64,000 nucleotides of DNA. Origin: Paracoccaceae bacterium (GTDB lineage: Bacteria > Pseudomonadota > Alphaproteobacteria > Rhodobacterales > Rhodobacteraceae). The notes below the pieces were generated by a model, which saw only the letters and a program-made list of their open reading frames with translations, had not been told where the DNA came from and made no database searches. The translations under genes were made by a program, and so were the position numbers. Shown here piece after piece: positions 47,647 through 59,737 of the stretch. The stretch is taken from assembly GCA_902606585.1 (NCBI GenBank), contig CACLGX010000002.1, positions 20,241 through 84,240 of the forward strand. Direction: 5' to 3'. Numbering within the stretch: position 1 is the stretch's first letter; each line of letters opens with the position of its first letter.

Positions 47647-49662
47647 ATGGCAAATGAAAATCCACTACTGACCAGTTGGAATACTCCTTACAAAATTGCA
47701 CCGTTTGACGAAATTATGGATACCCATTTTTCTGAAGCTTTGGAAAGAGCAATGGAATATGAGCTTCAGGAAATCCAAGAAATTTCCGAAAACTCCGATC
47801 CACCAACCTTCAAAAATACTATTCATGAACTATTGAACTCAGGTAATTTACTGGAAAGGGTTCTGTCTGTCTTTTATAGTTTGGTGAGCGCAGACTCTAA
47901 TACGCAGCGCGAAAAGCTGATGACAGAATTTTCTCCAAAGTTGTCGTCGCATTCATCAAAAATTATATCGAATGAAAAACTTTTTAATCGGATTCAGGAA
48001 CTAATTGAGAAAATTGATAGTTTAAACTTATTACCTGAAGAACAGAGGCTTCTAGAAAAAATACATCAAGATTATGTAAGAGCGGGCGCTGCGCTCAATG
48101 AACAAAGTAAAGAAAGAATGAAAGATATTAAAAAACAGCTTTCAATTTTAGGTACCAAATTTTCACAAAATCTACTAGCTGATGAACGTTCTTGGCACCT
48201 TGAGCTGGGTTTAGAGGATCAAAATGCACTACCTAATTTTTTGGTTGAGGCTGCACGAAAAGCAGCAGATGAAAAAGGGATAAAAAATCCCATTATCACA
48301 CTATCTCGATCTATTATTACACCATTTTTAAAATTTTCTCCTAATCGCAAACTGAGGAAACAAGCTCAACAAGCATGGGTATCTCGAGGGATGCAAAAAG
48401 AAGAAACTGATAATAGGCCGATTGCGCGTGAAATATTAGCTTTACGGAGACAGATGGCCGATTTGCTTGGTTATAAGAATTTTGCTGAATTTAAGTTAGA
48501 GACAGAAATGGCAAAAAAGCCAGAAAACGTCGAGAAGCTATTGCTACAGGTTTGGGGCCACTCGAAAAAAAAGGCTTTAAAAGATCAAAAAATTCTAACC
48601 GCCTATATGGCCAAGGATGATATAGAGGATGATTTTAGTTCTTGGGACTGGCAGTATTATTCGGAAAAAAGAAGACAAAATGAGCATGAATTAAACGAAT
48701 TAGAGATAAAACCGTATTTTGGTTTGGACCAGATGATTGAAGCTGCATTTTATTGTGCAAATAAATTATTTGATCTTTCATTCGTGCCAATAGACCTTCC
48801 TCTTTATCATAGTGACTGTAAAGCTTGGGAGGTTTTCAGAAAAAATAAGACTATTGGGTTATTTATAGGAGATTATTTTGCTAGACCATCTAAGCGATCT
48901 GGTGCTTGGTGTAGTGCGTTTCAATCTCAAGCTAAGTTTCCAAACGTTCAAAAGCCAATAGTTTTGAACGTTTGTAATTTTGCAAAAAGCTCGCCTGCGC
49001 TCTTATCTTTTGATGATGCTCAAACATTATTTCACGAATTTGGTCACGCGCTTCATCAACTATTATCTAACGTTACCTACGAACCTCTGTCGGGAACCTC
49101 TGTTTCGCGCGATTTTGTTGAATTGCCGAGTCAGTTATTTGAACATTGGCTGACTGTTCCAGACGTTTTGAAAAAGTTTGCACTTCATTATGAAACTAAA
49201 ATACCGATTTCAGACGAGTTGATAGAAAGAATTAAAGGTGCCTCAAATTTCGATATGGGTTACCGAACCGTTGAATATACCTCCAGCGCTCTGGTGGATC
49301 TTTATTTTCATCTTTCGGATACCGATCACGATATCATGAAACTTCAAACTGAAATTTTAAGCAAAATAGAAATGCCTGAGACAATTGAGATGAGGCATGC
49401 GACTCCACACTTTGCGCATGTATTTTCAGGTGGTTATTATGCTGCTGCTTACTACAGTTACATGTGGTCGGAAGTCATGGATGAGGATGTATTTTCGGCC
49501 TTCGAGGAAGCAGGTAATCCATTTGATCAAAAGTTGGCTAACTCACTAGAAAAAAATATCCTTTCCAAAGGAAACAGTATTGACTCCGAATTAGCGTATA
49601 TAAACTTTAGAGGTAAAATGCCAAAGGTCGATGCTCTTTTGAAGGGTCGTGGGCTAGTTTGA
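47647..49662 (+). CDS. dcp: M3-family peptidyl-dipeptidase
   Basis: KRSGAW, FHEFGHALH, DFVELPSQ, YAAAYYSYMW. Confidence 0.92.
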   Translation: MANENPLLTSWNTPYKIAPFDEIMDTHFSEALERAMEYELQEIQEISENSDPPTFKNTIHELLNSGNLLERVLSVFYSLVSADSNTQREKLMTEFSPKLSSHSSKIISNEKLFNRIQELIEKIDSLNLLPEEQRLLEKIHQDYVRAGAALNEQSKERMKDIKKQLSILGTKFSQNLLADERSWHLELGLEDQNALPNFLVEAARKAADEKGIKNPIITLSRSIITPFLKFSPNRKLRKQAQQAWVSRGMQKEETDNRPIAREILALRRQMADLLGYKNFAEFKLETEMAKKPENVEKLLLQVWGHSKKKALKDQKILTAYMAKDDIEDDFSSWDWQYYSEKRRQNEHELNELEIKPYFGLDQMIEAAFYCANKLFDLSFVPIDLPLYHSDCKAWEVFRKNKTIGLFIGDYFARPSKRSGAWCSAFQSQAKFPNVQKPIVLNVCNFAKSSPALLSFDDAQTLFHEFGHALHQLLSNVTYEPLSGTSVSRDFVELPSQLFEHWLTVPDVLKKFALHYETKIPISDELIERIKGASNFDMGYRTVEYTSSALVDLYFHLSDTDHDIMKLQTEILSKIEMPETIEMRHATPHFAHVFSGGYYAAAYYSYMWSEVMDEDVFSAFEEAGNPFDQKLANSLEKNILSKGNSIDSELAYINFRGKMPKVDALLKGRGLV

Positions 49663-49740
49663 TTAAGAATTTCTTACAAATTAAAAAATTTTTAACCAAG
49701 GTGGTTGACTCTGCCATTATCCATACATAAATACCGCTTG

Positions 49741-49767
49741 TTATCACTCATACACGTTGAGTGATAA
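49741..49767. promoter_or_regulatory. CIRCE element variant (HrcA operator)
   Basis: TTATCACTC-N9-GAGTGATAA upstream of groES; canonical form is TTAGCACTC-N9-GAGTGCTAA. Confidence 0.8.
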
Positions 49768-49811
49768 TTGCCCATCGAGGGCATAACGTAACTAAGTGAA
49801 GGAGCCTAAAG

Positions 49812-50099
49812 ATGGCATTAAAACCACTTCATGACCGTGTTCTTGTTCGCCGCGTAGAAAGTGACGAAAAAACATCAGGTGGATTGATTATTCCTGAAAG
49901 TGCTAAAGAAAAGCCTGCAGAAGGTGTAATTGTAGCCGCCGGAGAAGGCGCTCGTAAGGATAGCGGTGAACTTATCGCTATGTCAGTTAGCGAAGGTGAT
50001 AAAATTTTATTCGGAAAATGGTCTGGTACAGAAGTGACCATTGACGGAGAAGAACTTCTTATCATGAAAGAAAGCGATATTTTAGGCACTCTGTCTTAA
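49812..50099 (+). CDS. groES: Co-chaperonin GroES
   Basis: [27 protein letters not shown]. Confidence 0.98.
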   Translation: MALKPLHDRVLVRRVESDEKTSGGLIIPESAKEKPAEGVIVAAGEGARKDSGELIAMSVSEGDKILFGKWSGTEVTIDGEELLIMKESDILGTLS

Positions 50100-50126
50100 T
50101 CGCTAATTATTAATTTTAACCAATAG

Positions 50127-51797
<1,671 letters not shown>

Positions 51798-51816
51798 CTC
51801 TAAAGTAAGCGATTGT

Positions 51817-51849
51817 AGAAACCCTAGGATTTTTCCTGGGGTTTCTTTT
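51817..51849. terminator. Terminator between groEL and purK (probably bidirectional)
   Basis: AGAAACCCTAGGA-TTTT-TCCTGGGGTTTCTTTT. Confidence 0.85.
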
Positions 51850-51863
51850 GAGAAATTATAAAT

Positions 51864-52934
51864 TTAATTTTTAATGCGGTTAAAGTGGCCCATTTTACGG
51901 CCTGGTTTAACATCAGCTTTTCCATACAGGTGTAATGCAAGAGAACCATCCGCAATTAATTGGTGAGTTTTATAAATTTCATCCCCGATAAGGTTTTCCA
52001 TTATTATATCACTATGCCTTTCAGCATTACCAAGTTTCCAACCAGTTATTGCCCTTATATGCTGTTCGAACTGATCTACTGCGCAGCCATTTTGTGTCCA
52101 ATGCCCAGAGTTATGAACTCTTGGAGCAAACTCATTTATAACTAAAGAGTTTTTTTCTAAAAAAAACTCAATACCAATTACTCCGACGTAGTTTAATGAC
52201 TCTAAAATTTTTGCTGTAATCAAAACGGCTTCCGTCTTTTGCTGAACTTTAAGATTTGCTGGAACAGTAGTAGTTCTCAAAATTCCCTCTTTATGCACAT
52301 TTTCTCCTGGATCAAAGCATGATATTTGCCCATCTTTTGATCGTGATCCAATTACAGAAAATTCACGAGAAAAATTTACGAAGCCTTCCAGTATTAAATC
52401 TTTTGACCTTGCGGTTTTAAAGACGTCTTCGGCTTGTGAAACGGACTCTAATTTTATTTGTCCTTTCCCATCATATCCAAAACGTCTTGTTTTTAATATG
52501 CTGGGAGTTCCAATTTGATCTATTGCATGAATTAAATCTTCTTGAGAGTTTACTTCACAAAAACTTGCGGTTTTAAAGCCTAACTTATTAATAAACTCTT
52601 TTTCCAAAAGTCGGTCCTGTGATATTTTCAGAGCTTCTCTGCTTGGAAAAATTTCACATTGTCTTTCAATAATATCCAATGCATCAGTAGGAATATTTTC
52701 AAACTCATATGTGACCACATCAACGCTTGAAGCAAATTTGTTAAGTGCGTCATAATCATCATATTCCGCCTGCGTAAATCTAGATGACACACTTGATGCG
52801 GGAGGATTCGTACTTGGTTCAAAAATGTGAGTTTTAAAACCTAGTCGGCTGGCTGCCATACTAAGCATCTGTCCCAGCTGTCCGCCGCCCAGTATGCCTA
52901 TTGTTGACCCACTTAATAGTGCTGCCTTATTCAT
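51864..52934 (-). CDS. purK: N5-carboxyaminoimidazole ribonucleotide synthase
   Basis: [37 protein letters not shown]. Confidence 0.95.
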   Translation of the reverse strand: MNKAALLSGSTIGILGGGQLGQMLSMAASRLGFKTHIFEPSTNPPASSVSSRFTQAEYDDYDALNKFASSVDVVTYEFENIPTDALDIIERQCEIFPSREALKISQDRLLEKEFINKLGFKTASFCEVNSQEDLIHAIDQIGTPSILKTRRFGYDGKGQIKLESVSQAEDVFKTARSKDLILEGFVNFSREFSVIGSRSKDGQISCFDPGENVHKEGILRTTTVPANLKVQQKTEAVLITAKILESLNYVGVIGIEFFLEKNSLVINEFAPRVHNSGHWTQNGCAVDQFEQHIRAITGWKLGNAERHSDIIMENLIGDEIYKTHQLIADGSLALHLYGKADVKPGRKMGHFNRIKN

Positions 52935-53415
52935 CTTTAGGCTCATCGGGTATTGAGGCCGATAAAGCTATCCGCCAATCACTCAGGGTCTTGTTTAGTT
53001 TTGCATTAGACAGTGCTATTATCTGAACCGCCAATAAGCCACCATTTTTGGCACCTTGCGCTCCTATAGCCATTGTAGCAACGGGATAGCCTCTAGGCAT
53101 TTGCAAAATAGAATAGAGGCTGTCTATGCCATTTAAACTTGTGGTCGTGACAGGTACACCGACAACGGGTAGATTAGTTTTTGATGCTATCATTCCTGGA
53201 AGATGAGCTGCTCCTCCAGCACCGGCGATAATTACTTTAAGACCTCTTTTTTCAGCTGACTTTCCGTATTCCCATAAACGATCTGGAGTTCTGTGAGCTG
53301 AAACAATTTTTGTTTCATATGTTACCCCAAGCTCTGATAAAATATCAGCTGCTTCCTTCATGGTTGACCAATCTGATTGGCTTCCCATGATTAACCCTAC
53401 CTGGATTTTGCTCAT
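52927..53415 (-). CDS. purE: N5-CAIR mutase
   Basis: [22 protein letters not shown]. Confidence 0.97.
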   Translation of the reverse strand: MSKIQVGLIMGSQSDWSTMKEAADILSELGVTYETKIVSAHRTPDRLWEYGKSAEKRGLKVIIAGAGGAAHLPGMIASKTNLPVVGVPVTTTSLNGIDSLYSILQMPRGYPVATMAIGAQGAKNGGLLAVQIIALSNAKLNKTLSDWRIALSASIPDEPKDE

Positions 53416-53461
53416 TTTTTACCTCATGTTCACAACTATCCTATTATAATAGGAATATATC

Positions 53462-53686
53462 TTAGGCAATGATATCGGGTGTAAGTCGATCTTCCAGTCG
53501 CTTAATTTTGTCTTTCAATTGTAATTTCTTCTTTTTTAATCTCTGAATCATAAGTCTATCGGTGGTTGCAGAATTAGAAAGTGCGGTGATTGCCTGATCT
53601 AAATCGCGATGTTTTTGACGAAAGAATTCTAATTCCACACTCAAGACTTCTTCGGTTTTCATTGATATTTTGTCTGAAGTGTTCAT
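53462..53686 (-). CDS. DUF465/YdcH-family small coiled-coil protein
   Basis: HRDLD..I, RLKKKKLQLKDKI, PDIIA. Confidence 0.85.
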   Translation of the reverse strand: MNTSDKISMKTEEVLSVELEFFRQKHRDLDQAITALSNSATTDRLMIQRLKKKKLQLKDKIKRLEDRLTPDIIA

Positions 53687-53744
53687 TTAATGACCTGACT
53701 GAATGACTTAATTTAATAAGATAATTAATTTTACTTGTTAACCC

Positions 53745-53773
53745 CTTGAAAATTATATTTTTAGGCGCCAACT
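53745..53773 (+). promoter_or_regulatory. RpoH-type promoter of the small heat-shock gene
   Basis: CTTGAA-N17-CCAACT. Confidence 0.5.
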
Positions 53774-53828
53774 CTAATAGAGCTGCCGAAAAGGAACTGA
53801 AAAGTGTCGCTTAAAATAAGGGCTTAAA

Positions 53829-54245
53829 ATGGCAAAATTATTATTTGGTGCATATCCGCATATGCTTGGTTTTGAACAATTGGAACAGTTATTAGAAAGA
53901 ACGGCAAAATCTAGTAATGAAGGTTATCCGCCTTTCAACATAGAACAGACATCTGATCGATCATTTCGTATCAGTCTAGCGACAGCTGGGTTTTCAGAAG
54001 CAGACCTATCTATTACTTTGGAAAATCGTCAACTCCTTGTACAAGGTAAGAAAAATCAAGAAACTGGTACAAGAATCTTCCTTCATCGTGGAATTGCAAC
54101 AAGACAATTCCAGAGATCTTTTGTTCTAGCAGATGAGATAGAAGTAGCTGAGGCATTTATGGAAAATGGGTTACTCCATATTGATTTGATTCAAAATAAT
54201 CCAACGAATGTTATTCAAAAGATTGAAATAAAAAAAAATCGTTAA
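53829..54245 (+). CDS. Small heat shock protein (Hsp20/IbpA family)
   Basis: YPPFNIE, FLHRGIATRQFQRSFVLAD, ENGLLHIDL. Confidence 0.92.
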   Translation: MAKLLFGAYPHMLGFEQLEQLLERTAKSSNEGYPPFNIEQTSDRSFRISLATAGFSEADLSITLENRQLLVQGKKNQETGTRIFLHRGIATRQFQRSFVLADEIEVAEAFMENGLLHIDLIQNNPTNVIQKIEIKKNR

Positions 54246-54320
54246 ATGCTAATTGGCAAAGCTGATAAGCTCCATACTTTGCTGCTGATTTTTATTTAAT
54301 AAAACTACTGGTAGGCAATT

Positions 54321-55262
54321 TTAGTTGCTTTCGGCTATAAACTTTTCTGCATCTAGAGCAGCCATGCAGCCCATACCTGCACTTGTTACCGCTTGGCGAT
54401 AAATATGATCGGTTAAATCTCCAGCCGCAAAAATTCCTGCAACTGAGGTTCTTGTACTTCCTGGTTCAACTTTAACATATCCGCCATTATGAGTTTCTAA
54501 AGCATTTTTTACCAGCTCTGTAGCAGGTGCGTGTCCAATAGCGATAAAAACGCCTTTGCAAGGCACTTCCAAGAGCTTTCCTGTCTTTGTGTTACTTATA
54601 CGAATTGCTTCCACACCCAGGGGGGATTCTGTTCCTATAACTTCATCAAGTTCATGAAACCAAATTGGTTCAATTTTAGGGTTCCTAAATAATCTTTCCT
54701 GAAGTATTTTCTCCGCTCTGAGCTCATCGCGCCGGTGGACCAAAGTTACTTTTGAAGCAAAGTTTGTTAGAAAAAGAGCTTCTTCTACTGCTGTATTCCC
54801 ACCGCCAATTACTGCTATTTCTTGCCCTCTGTAGAAAAAGCCATCACAAGTTGCACATGCAGATACGCCAAAACCTTTATATTTTTCCTCTGATGGTAAC
54901 CCTAACCATTTGGCTCTTGCACCAGTTGCAAGAATAATAGCATCGGCTGTGTATTTAATACCGCTATCACAAGTCGCAACAAATGGTCTGCTATTGACAT
55001 CTAAGTTTGTTACTATGTCTCCTATTATTTCACAGCCCATCGCTTTAGCATGAGACTCCATCCTTACCATAAGATCAGGCCCCTGAACTTCTGTATCCCC
55101 AGGCCAATTTTCAACTTCAGTTGTTGTTGTCAATTGGCCTCCAGGCTCAATACCTTGAATAAGTATTGGTGAGAGCATTGCGCGACTAGCATAAACACCA
55201 GCGGTATAACCGGCAGGGCCACTTCCGATAATAAGCACTTTGGTATGATGGTCTTGAGACAT
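54321..55262 (-). CDS. trxB: Thioredoxin-disulfide reductase
   Basis: GSGPAG, CATCDG, GGGNTA, AGD..YRQAVTSAG. Confidence 0.96.
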   Translation of the reverse strand: MSQDHHTKVLIIGSGPAGYTAGVYASRAMLSPILIQGIEPGGQLTTTTEVENWPGDTEVQGPDLMVRMESHAKAMGCEIIGDIVTNLDVNSRPFVATCDSGIKYTADAIILATGARAKWLGLPSEEKYKGFGVSACATCDGFFYRGQEIAVIGGGNTAVEEALFLTNFASKVTLVHRRDELRAEKILQERLFRNPKIEPIWFHELDEVIGTESPLGVEAIRISNTKTGKLLEVPCKGVFIAIGHAPATELVKNALETHNGGYVKVEPGSTRTSVAGIFAAGDLTDHIYRQAVTSAGMGCMAALDAEKFIAESN

Positions 55263-55426
55263 TTCTTCCTCATATTTGCTTTTGGTATACCTGCTGATTT
55301 GATGATTCAAAACCCCAAATTTGCTTGATATCCAATTATCCGCTGTAAAATATTATTTCAATATGTTGGAATATTATTGCGATTATGGGCAATTAATTTA
55401 TAATATTTAAAAAATGGAGCAGATGT

Positions 55427-55927
55427 ATGCCTTTAACACGACTAGATTTAATAGATCGGCTAATTTTAGCAGAACTACAAGCCGATGGGAAAATGACAAA
55501 CGTTGAATTAGCAAAACGTGTTGGAATTTCTGCCCCGCCCTGTCTTCGTAGAGTTAGGGCTCTTGAGGGGCAAGGTTTTATAAAAGGTTATCACGCAAAT
55601 GTTGATAGTCGTGCACTTGGTTTTGAAGTGCAGGTATTTGCTATGGTTGGTCTGCAATCACAAGCAGAAGTTGATTTGAGGCAATTTGAAGAGTTATGCC
55701 AGGGTTGGCCTCTTGTGAGAGAATGTCACATGCTAAACGGGGAAGTCGACTTTATGCTAAAATGTGTTGCTCCTGATCTCAGTAGTTTTCAAAGTTTTTT
55801 AACAGGACAGCTTCTGACTACACCTAACGTTGGTTCTGTTAAAACCTCACTTGTTATACGGGCTGAAAAAGACGACCCGGGTGTTCCTTTTGATGTTTTA
55901 GAGGAAAGACTAAGCCGGCGTCCTTAA
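55427..55927 (+). CDS. Lrp/AsnC-family regulator
   Basis: LDLID..ELQADG..NVELAKRVGIS..CLRRV..LE. Confidence 0.9.
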   Translation: MPLTRLDLIDRLILAELQADGKMTNVELAKRVGISAPPCLRRVRALEGQGFIKGYHANVDSRALGFEVQVFAMVGLQSQAEVDLRQFEELCQGWPLVRECHMLNGEVDFMLKCVAPDLSSFQSFLTGQLLTTPNVGSVKTSLVIRAEKDDPGVPFDVLEERLSRRP

Positions 55928-56682
55928 AGCATTATGGTAGATATCATTCTTCCGTAATCTGACTCATTTTTGTGACAACTTCTTCGGTATGAAAAGAATT
56001 TTTTTGGATCGCTGTAGGTACAATGGCCAGTCCACTCAATGGATAAAATATCTTCATCTTTTAATAAATTTAGGCTGAAATTGGGTAAGTCAAAATGATA
56101 CTTTTTGGTGAGAGGCCTATAACTAAAATAGTTTTTATTATTTTCATTTGAGCTCGTAAATTTTTCAAAAAAATCCAAACTTACTTCATAGGCAGTTTGA
56201 CTAATACAGGGACCAATTACCGCAGAAATTTGTTTTCTTTCTGCCCCCAAGTATTCCATTTTATTTATGGTAGAAGTCAAGACCCCATTCAGCGCCCCAC
56301 GCCAACCAGCATGCGCAATTCCGACAACACTATTTTTTTCATCTGCAAAAATTACTGGTTGGCAATCAGCAGTAAAAACCGAAAGTAAGAGGCCTGGTGT
56401 ATTTGTTACGAGAGCGTCCGCCTTTGGTAATGTTTCAAACGCTCTATTACAAATTATTGCTTCAACGGAATGAATTTGATGAGCGCTTACTATATTGTCC
56501 AAGCATGTCCCCATATGTTTAGCGACAAGATTACGATTGCTCAGTACAGTTTTTACATCGTCACTGGAACCTAATCCACAATTCAACCCTTTGAATATTC
56601 CTTTAGAACCTCCGCCTTTTCGGGTAAAAAACCCATGCCTAAAGTTTTTAAGTCTCGAGGATTGTATTTTTGAAAGAGTCAT
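55924..56682 (-). CDS. pgeF: PgeF/YfiH-family (laccase-domain) protein
   Basis: HGFFTRKGG, QIHS, TADCQP, AHAGWRG, GPCI, FFSYRR. Confidence 0.9.
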   Translation of the reverse strand: MTLSKIQSSRLKNFRHGFFTRKGGGSKGIFKGLNCGLGSSDDVKTVLSNRNLVAKHMGTCLDNIVSAHQIHSVEAIICNRAFETLPKADALVTNTPGLLLSVFTADCQPVIFADEKNSVVGIAHAGWRGALNGVLTSTINKMEYLGAERKQISAVIGPCISQTAYEVSLDFFEKFTSSNENNKNYFSYRPLTKKYHFDLPNFSLNLLKDEDILSIEWTGHCTYSDPKKFFSYRRSCHKNESDYGRMISTIML

Positions 56683-57743
56683 TGTTCAAAACCTGGTGGG
56701 CAAGAGGCCTTTTCTGGAAATAAAGATATTGCTTTAAATAAAGCACCCATTTCTTTTGGATGGGTCAAGCGTCTATGTGCAGAAATAAGACTTTCCAAAT
56801 CCTCCCCAATTAAATTTTTTCCTAAATTTTGTGCGCGCTCAGTTATCCCTAGTCTTTCAAGCAGAACTCCTTGAGTAGTCAGCTTACTAAAAGTGCACCC
56901 AGAATTGGTGGCAAGAATTTCAAAATCTACGTGTGCTGTGATATCAGTCTCTCCTGGTGACACAAAAATATCACAATACTCATGATTTTTTACTGCCTGT
57001 AAAGTATCGCCTAGAGAGCGCCAGTCACCATAATCTATGAAAATAGCCAAACCGCCAAAATTACTTATATGTTTGCCAATATTTTTAGAAATATGAGCCG
57101 CAGCTATATTCAATTCCACTATATCTCCATCATGCGTATCAGTGAGCCTGTCTTGTAAGATTTCATTTTGGGTCGGTTTTTCTTCCAAACCAAATTCCAG
57201 GTTGTCTTTGGAAATTTGAACAACTCTCTTAAAGAAATTGTCCCCTTTTCGAAGAAATTGATCAATTGGCAATGCGTCAAAAAACTCATTAGCTACCAGA
57301 AATAAATGCTTATGTTCAAAACTCGGCAATTTTTCATGCCACGATATTTTGTATTCTGATAGTGTTTTTTTTTGCAAACTCCTTAAATTGGGTGATGCCT
57401 CTATCAAATGAATTTCGATTGCATCGAAGAAATCAGGATGATTTTTTAGTGTCCTCAGTATATCGGCCATCATTGTTCCTCTTCCTGGACCTAGTTCGGC
57501 AAGTATAATTTTAGAAGGAGAGCCTTGATCTATCCAGGTTTGTAATATTGATATAGCCAGCAGCTCACCAAACATTTGTGAAATTTCAGGGGCAGTTGTG
57601 AAGTCGCCTTTGATACCGAAAATAGGCTTTTTCGTGTAGTAACCGTAACTTGTGTGCAAAAGACATTGTTCAATATAGTTTGATAAGGGCATAGGACCGT
57701 CAGTCTTAATTTTATCTACCAATATAGATTTCAAGTTTTTCAC
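56679..57743 (-). CDS. MidA/NDUFAF7-family SAM-dependent methyltransferase
   Basis: GDFTTAPEISQMFGE, ELGPGRG, NEFFDALP, IDYG, DITAHVDF. Confidence 0.9.
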   Translation of the reverse strand: MKNLKSILVDKIKTDGPMPLSNYIEQCLLHTSYGYYTKKPIFGIKGDFTTAPEISQMFGELLAISILQTWIDQGSPSKIILAELGPGRGTMMADILRTLKNHPDFFDAIEIHLIEASPNLRSLQKKTLSEYKISWHEKLPSFEHKHLFLVANEFFDALPIDQFLRKGDNFFKRVVQISKDNLEFGLEEKPTQNEILQDRLTDTHDGDIVELNIAAAHISKNIGKHISNFGGLAIFIDYGDWRSLGDTLQAVKNHEYCDIFVSPGETDITAHVDFEILATNSGCTFSKLTTQGVLLERLGITERAQNLGKNLIGEDLESLISAHRRLTHPKEMGALFKAISLFPEKASCPPGFEQ

Positions 57744-58627
57744 GCTGGATCACTTCGTTTAGATGTAACAAGCAAAATAATACCTATAACTATCATTGGT
57801 AGCGATAGTGTTTGCCCTATAGTTATACCTGTTTCACCAAGTTGGATAAAGAAACCCATTGGATTTTTCAAACTTTGAAATTGCTGGTCTGGCTGTCTAA
57901 ATAATTCAACGAAGCAGCGTGATAACCCATAACCAGTAAAAAATATACCAGCAAGAAAGCCGGGTCTCATAAAAGCATTTTTTCTGAAAGCGAGATACAT
58001 CATCAAAATGAATAATATTAGTCCTTCGAGTAGTGCTTCATAAATCTGAGAGGGATGTCTTATACAAGGACCAATAATTTCTGCACATACAGATGTGGAA
58101 TGTGGGCTAGTAACTATAACGCCCCATGGCACATCTGTAACTCTTCCCCAAAGCTCGTCATTAACAAAATTTGCCAGACGGCCGAGTCCGAGGCCAATTG
58201 GTGTGCCTAAAGCCAGTAAATCGGCACCTGATCGAAGTGGAACGGAGTTTTTGCGAAAAAACAGAAAACTAGCACTCGCCACGCCAATTAAGCCACCATG
58301 AAAAGACATACCCCCCTGCCAGACATAAAATACCTCAATCAAATTTTTGAGATAGTACTCAGGATTATAGAAAATGACAAAACCGAGACGACCCCCAATT
58401 ATTATTCCTAATACACAATAAGACATCAAATCTTCGAGTTTTGTTGGATTAAGTGGAGGAGTATTTTTTTGCCATAATTCATTTTTTTTAAGAGCAGAGG
58501 CAGCTAGGCGCCAACATGCGACTATCCCTAAAATGTAAGCCAGGGCATACCAATAAAGGGTAAATTTAAAGTCCCCCAATGAAATGGTGAAAATATCTGG
58601 CCTTATGCCTTCGGGAAATGGGATCAT
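57740..58627 (-). CDS. lgt: Prolipoprotein diacylglyceryl transferase
   Basis: GGRLG, GGMSFHGG, GRLANF..ELWGR, RHPSQIYE. Confidence 0.96.
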   Translation of the reverse strand: MIPFPEGIRPDIFTISLGDFKFTLYWYALAYILGIVACWRLAASALKKNELWQKNTPPLNPTKLEDLMSYCVLGIIIGGRLGFVIFYNPEYYLKNLIEVFYVWQGGMSFHGGLIGVASASFLFFRKNSVPLRSGADLLALGTPIGLGLGRLANFVNDELWGRVTDVPWGVIVTSPHSTSVCAEIIGPCIRHPSQIYEALLEGLILFILMMYLAFRKNAFMRPGFLAGIFFTGYGLSRCFVELFRQPDQQFQSLKNPMGFFIQLGETGITIGQTLSLPMIVIGIILLVTSKRSDPA

Positions 58628-58674
58628 CGTTTTCTCCTAACTCTTCGTGCCGCGAGATGATATTAAAAGTCAAC

Positions 58675-58703
58675 CTTGAGATAAGCTGTAATTTGCTCCA
58701 TAT
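58675..58703 (+). promoter_or_regulatory. RpoH-type promoter of ubiK
   Basis: CTTGAG-N17-CCATAT. Confidence 0.55.
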
Positions 58704-58732
58704 AATTACTTAAACCTCAATTGGAGATATTT

Positions 58733-58981
58733 ATGCAGTCACGAAATAAAATTTTGGATGATGTTTCTCAACTTATGACTAATGCTATGGGGGTGGCCCA
58801 AGGAGCACGCGAAGAAGCGGAAACAGCAGTAAAGTCTATTATAGATAGATGGTTAGCAGATCACGATTTTGTAACACGTGAAGAGTTTGATGCCGTAAAA
58901 GCAATGGCCCAAAAAGCGCGAGAAGAAAATGAAAATTTGAAAATGCGCTTAGATGCTTTAGAAAAGAAGCCCAAAAAATAG
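58733..58981 (+). CDS. ubiK: UbiK/BMFP-family accessory protein
   Basis: DFVTREEFDAVKAMA..AREEN..L..RL..LE. Confidence 0.85.
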   Translation: MQSRNKILDDVSQLMTNAMGVAQGAREEAETAVKSIIDRWLADHDFVTREEFDAVKAMAQKAREENENLKMRLDALEKKPKK

Positions 58982-59095
58982 CTCTCTAGCTTTTAAGTTT
59001 CAGCACCTTTTAAAATTTGGAAGACACTAAAATACATGTCTTCCGAATTTTTTTATTTTTTTCAAAATTCCTCTTTACAGAATGAGCAAAGCAAA

Positions 59096-59111
59096 GCACC
59101 ATATGTAGTGT
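59096..59111. promoter_or_regulatory. Candidate NrdR box
   Basis: GCACCATATGTAGTGT versus consensus acaCwAtATaTwGtgt. Confidence 0.45.
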
Positions 59112-59203
59112 ACGGTGTTGTAAAAACTACAGCACTTTGAGCAGGTATCAATTGCTTGGGGAATGAGCCAGGCCGCAAGCAAAACAACAAAAAGAGGTGG
59201 CGC

Positions 59204-59704
59204 ATGGCACAAATTGAAATGTTTTTAGAAGACGAAATCCACCCCATTGATATTGTGGAACATCTTGCAGAACATCATGAATGGGAATTTGATAGAATAG
59301 AAGAAAACCAGATTGCTATGGCGGTTCAAGGGCAATGGAGAACATATTCAATTACACTAGCATGGTCTGGTTTTGATGAAACTTTGCGTCTTATTTGCTC
59401 ATTTGAAATGGAGCCACCCTCAGAGAAATTAAAAGATCTCTATGAAACATTAAACGTTGCAAATGATAGGTGTTGGACTGGGGCATTTACGTTTTGGGAA
59501 CAACAGAAGCTAATGGTATATCGGTACGGTCTCGTCCTTGCCGGTGGCCAAATAGCAACGGCTGAACAAATTGATACAATGATTTCATCCGCTGTTCGTA
59601 CAGCTGAAAAGTATTACCCTGCTTTCCAACTAGTAATATATGATAATCAAGCCCCAGAAACTGCAATGCAAGTAGCCATTGCAGAGGCGTATGGTCACGC
59701 TTAA
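59204..59704 (+). CDS. YbjN-domain protein
   Basis: HPIDIVE, GQWRTY, YYPAFQLV, AYGHA; precedes proC. Confidence 0.82.
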   Translation: MAQIEMFLEDEIHPIDIVEHLAEHHEWEFDRIEENQIAMAVQGQWRTYSITLAWSGFDETLRLICSFEMEPPSEKLKDLYETLNVANDRCWTGAFTFWEQQKLMVYRYGLVLAGGQIATAEQIDTMISSAVRTAEKYYPAFQLVIYDNQAPETAMQVAIAEAYGHA

Positions 59705-59737
59705 GATTGGGTTATCAGAAATGATAGCGAGCTATAC

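Noticed and set aside
53774-53828. ROSE RNA thermometer before the small heat-shock gene
   Set aside because: No U(U/C)GCU anti-SD motif in a convincing SD-sequestering hairpin
57365-57373. T9/A9 homopolymers (also near 7729 and 54230) as phase-variable tracts
   Set aside because: Reading frames are intact and such runs are expected in AT-rich, Lys-rich coding DNA
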